From an uncultured Verrucomicrobiae bacterium (GTDB taxonomy: Bacteria > Verrucomicrobiota > Verrucomicrobiia > Limisphaerales > JAFGQR01), in NCBI GenBank assembly GCA_963788655.1, contig CAWBHS010000080.1, positions 18,213 to 82,212 on the forward strand: DNA of 64,000 nucleotides. The letters run 5' to 3'. The first letter of the stretch is position 1; each line of letters begins with the position of its first letter. Under the pieces are notes generated by a model that saw only the letters and a program-made list of their open reading frames with translations, did not search any database and was not told the DNA's origin. This document shows positions 62,977 to 64,000 of this stretch, one piece after another. The translations under genes and the position numbers were made by a program.

Positions 62977-63094
62977 AACGTGCTGCCGGCGTCCCGCCGG
63001 CAGAAACGGGCGCGGTGGGTGCGCTCGAACGTTTTTCCTCGGTTCGAACATTCTTTTTGCGTTCTGTCTGCCGGCAAGATGCCGGCAGCACGTT
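62977..63094. repeat. Family C palindromic doublet after ETF alpha
   Basis: AACGTGCTGCCGGCG...GCCGGCAAGATGCCGGCAGCACGTT; interior GTGCGCTCGA...CCTCGGTTCGAA shared with the 37603 array. Confidence 0.85.
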
Positions 63095-63363
63095 ACAGAC
63101 GGCTTTGCGGCGCGGAGATGGGAAGCGAGGTCGGATGGAGCAGCACGCGGTTGGCGCGAACTTCAAATTGCAAATTGATGTCGTGATGGGTTCGGGCTTG
63201 GGCGGCGGCGAACAGCGAGCAACGTGCCGCCGCACCCGGGGCTCCGCAAGACCTCACGCAAACCGGATAACCAGTTGTAGATTGCCTGGAATCCGAGTCC
63301 GACCAGCGAACCTTCGAGATTGAGGCGGTTGGACTCGAACTCAACGTCCTTCAGGCGCTTGGA

Positions 63364-64000
63364 TTACTTCTGATCACCGACCCAATCCCAGTCCCCATTG
63401 GTGAGGGTCATGGTCGAGCCATCGTGCTTGTCGGTGCCAGTAGATGGGCAATGCACCCAGGTTCGGATGGTTTTCTGCTTGGGATCAAACTCGAACAGGC
63501 GAACCGGATTTGTGGCGTTGTCATGGTAGCACTGAACGAACTGGTGAATCGTGTTCCCGTGCGTTCCCACGTCCTGCCGATACCCGTGGGTGCCCACGTG
63601 TCCGCTAAACACCAATCGGACGTTGGCGAACTCTTTCAGCAGATGATCGAACACATACTGCGGGCTGTTGTCGCCATAGCCGCCTTGGGTTTGCCCGACG
63701 GTGCTTTGGGCGGTGAGATGCGCATGCGTAAGCACGATGACGTTGTGTTCCGGGTGGTGCTGCAGCACGGTTCTCGCCCACTCCACTGCTCCCGTGCGCG
63801 GCCACAGTTCAAGATTGAGAACGAGCCAGTCCAGTCCGCTGGCCGTAAAGGTGTGGTAAGCATTGTCAATCTTCCCGGTTTCATACACCCCGCCGAGCGC
63901 CTTGAACCGCGTTAACGGGAAATAGTGGTTGTAGGTCGTGGTATTGCGCAAATTCGTGTTGACGTTGCCCGGCGCGGCGCTGCCGCCGACCTTGGTGGCG
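63364..64000 (-). CDS. Calcineurin-like metallophosphoesterase, C-terminal part (truncated by window edge)
   Basis: WLVLNLE..PR...VEWA, VIVLTHAHL, VFSGHV. Confidence 0.75.
   Translation of the reverse strand, partial: ATKVGGSAAPGNVNTNLRNTTTYNHYFPLTRFKALGGVYETGKIDNAYHTFTASGLDWLVLNLELWPRTGAVEWARTVLQHHPEHNVIVLTHAHLTAQSTVGQTQGGYGDNSPQYVFDHLLKEFANVRLVFSGHVGTHGYRQDVGTHGNTIHQFVQCYHDNATNPVRLFEFDPKQKTIRTWVHCPSTGTDKHDGSTMTLTNGDWDWVGDQK

Noticed and set aside
63095..63363. Possible small gene or remnant between ETF alpha and the phosphoesterase
   Set aside because: Only short ORFs with no identifiable motif were found.

Overview
GC-rich bacterial chromosomal segment. By gene style it is most likely Verrucomicrobiota/PVC (inferred from H-X9-DG pilin-like proteins, Tat-exported Gfo/Idh/MocA plus HEAT pairs, DUF362 and large secreted glycan-active proteins). 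It has about 42 genes: housekeeping (mutS, tRNA-Leu(CAG), der, gpsA, plsY, gnnA-like, lpxB, photolyase), carbohydrate-active enzymes (GH50, GH99/WbsX-like, isochorismatase-GH95-like fusion), an MNT-HEPN pair, and an OYE-GltD fusion followed by a divergent ETF. At least nine genes carry single-base frameshifts, some clearly in short homopolymers, which are probably long-read assembly errors. Highlights: (1) a self-contained seven-gene envelope cluster (two SBP-OmpA fusions, anchored vWA, 2TM coiled-coil, PspA/IM30, SBP lipoprotein, SHOCT) with no ABC permease or ATPase; (2) a dense multi-family set of REP/REPIN-like palindromes, including one inserted in-frame in an enzyme, one supplying a stop codon, a 3x123-bp array, and composites bracketed by heptamer-repeat inverted arms; (3) an unusual flavin/Fe-S redox module; (4) a candidate nucleoid-associated protein. 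All calls come from reading motifs by eye; no database searches were run.
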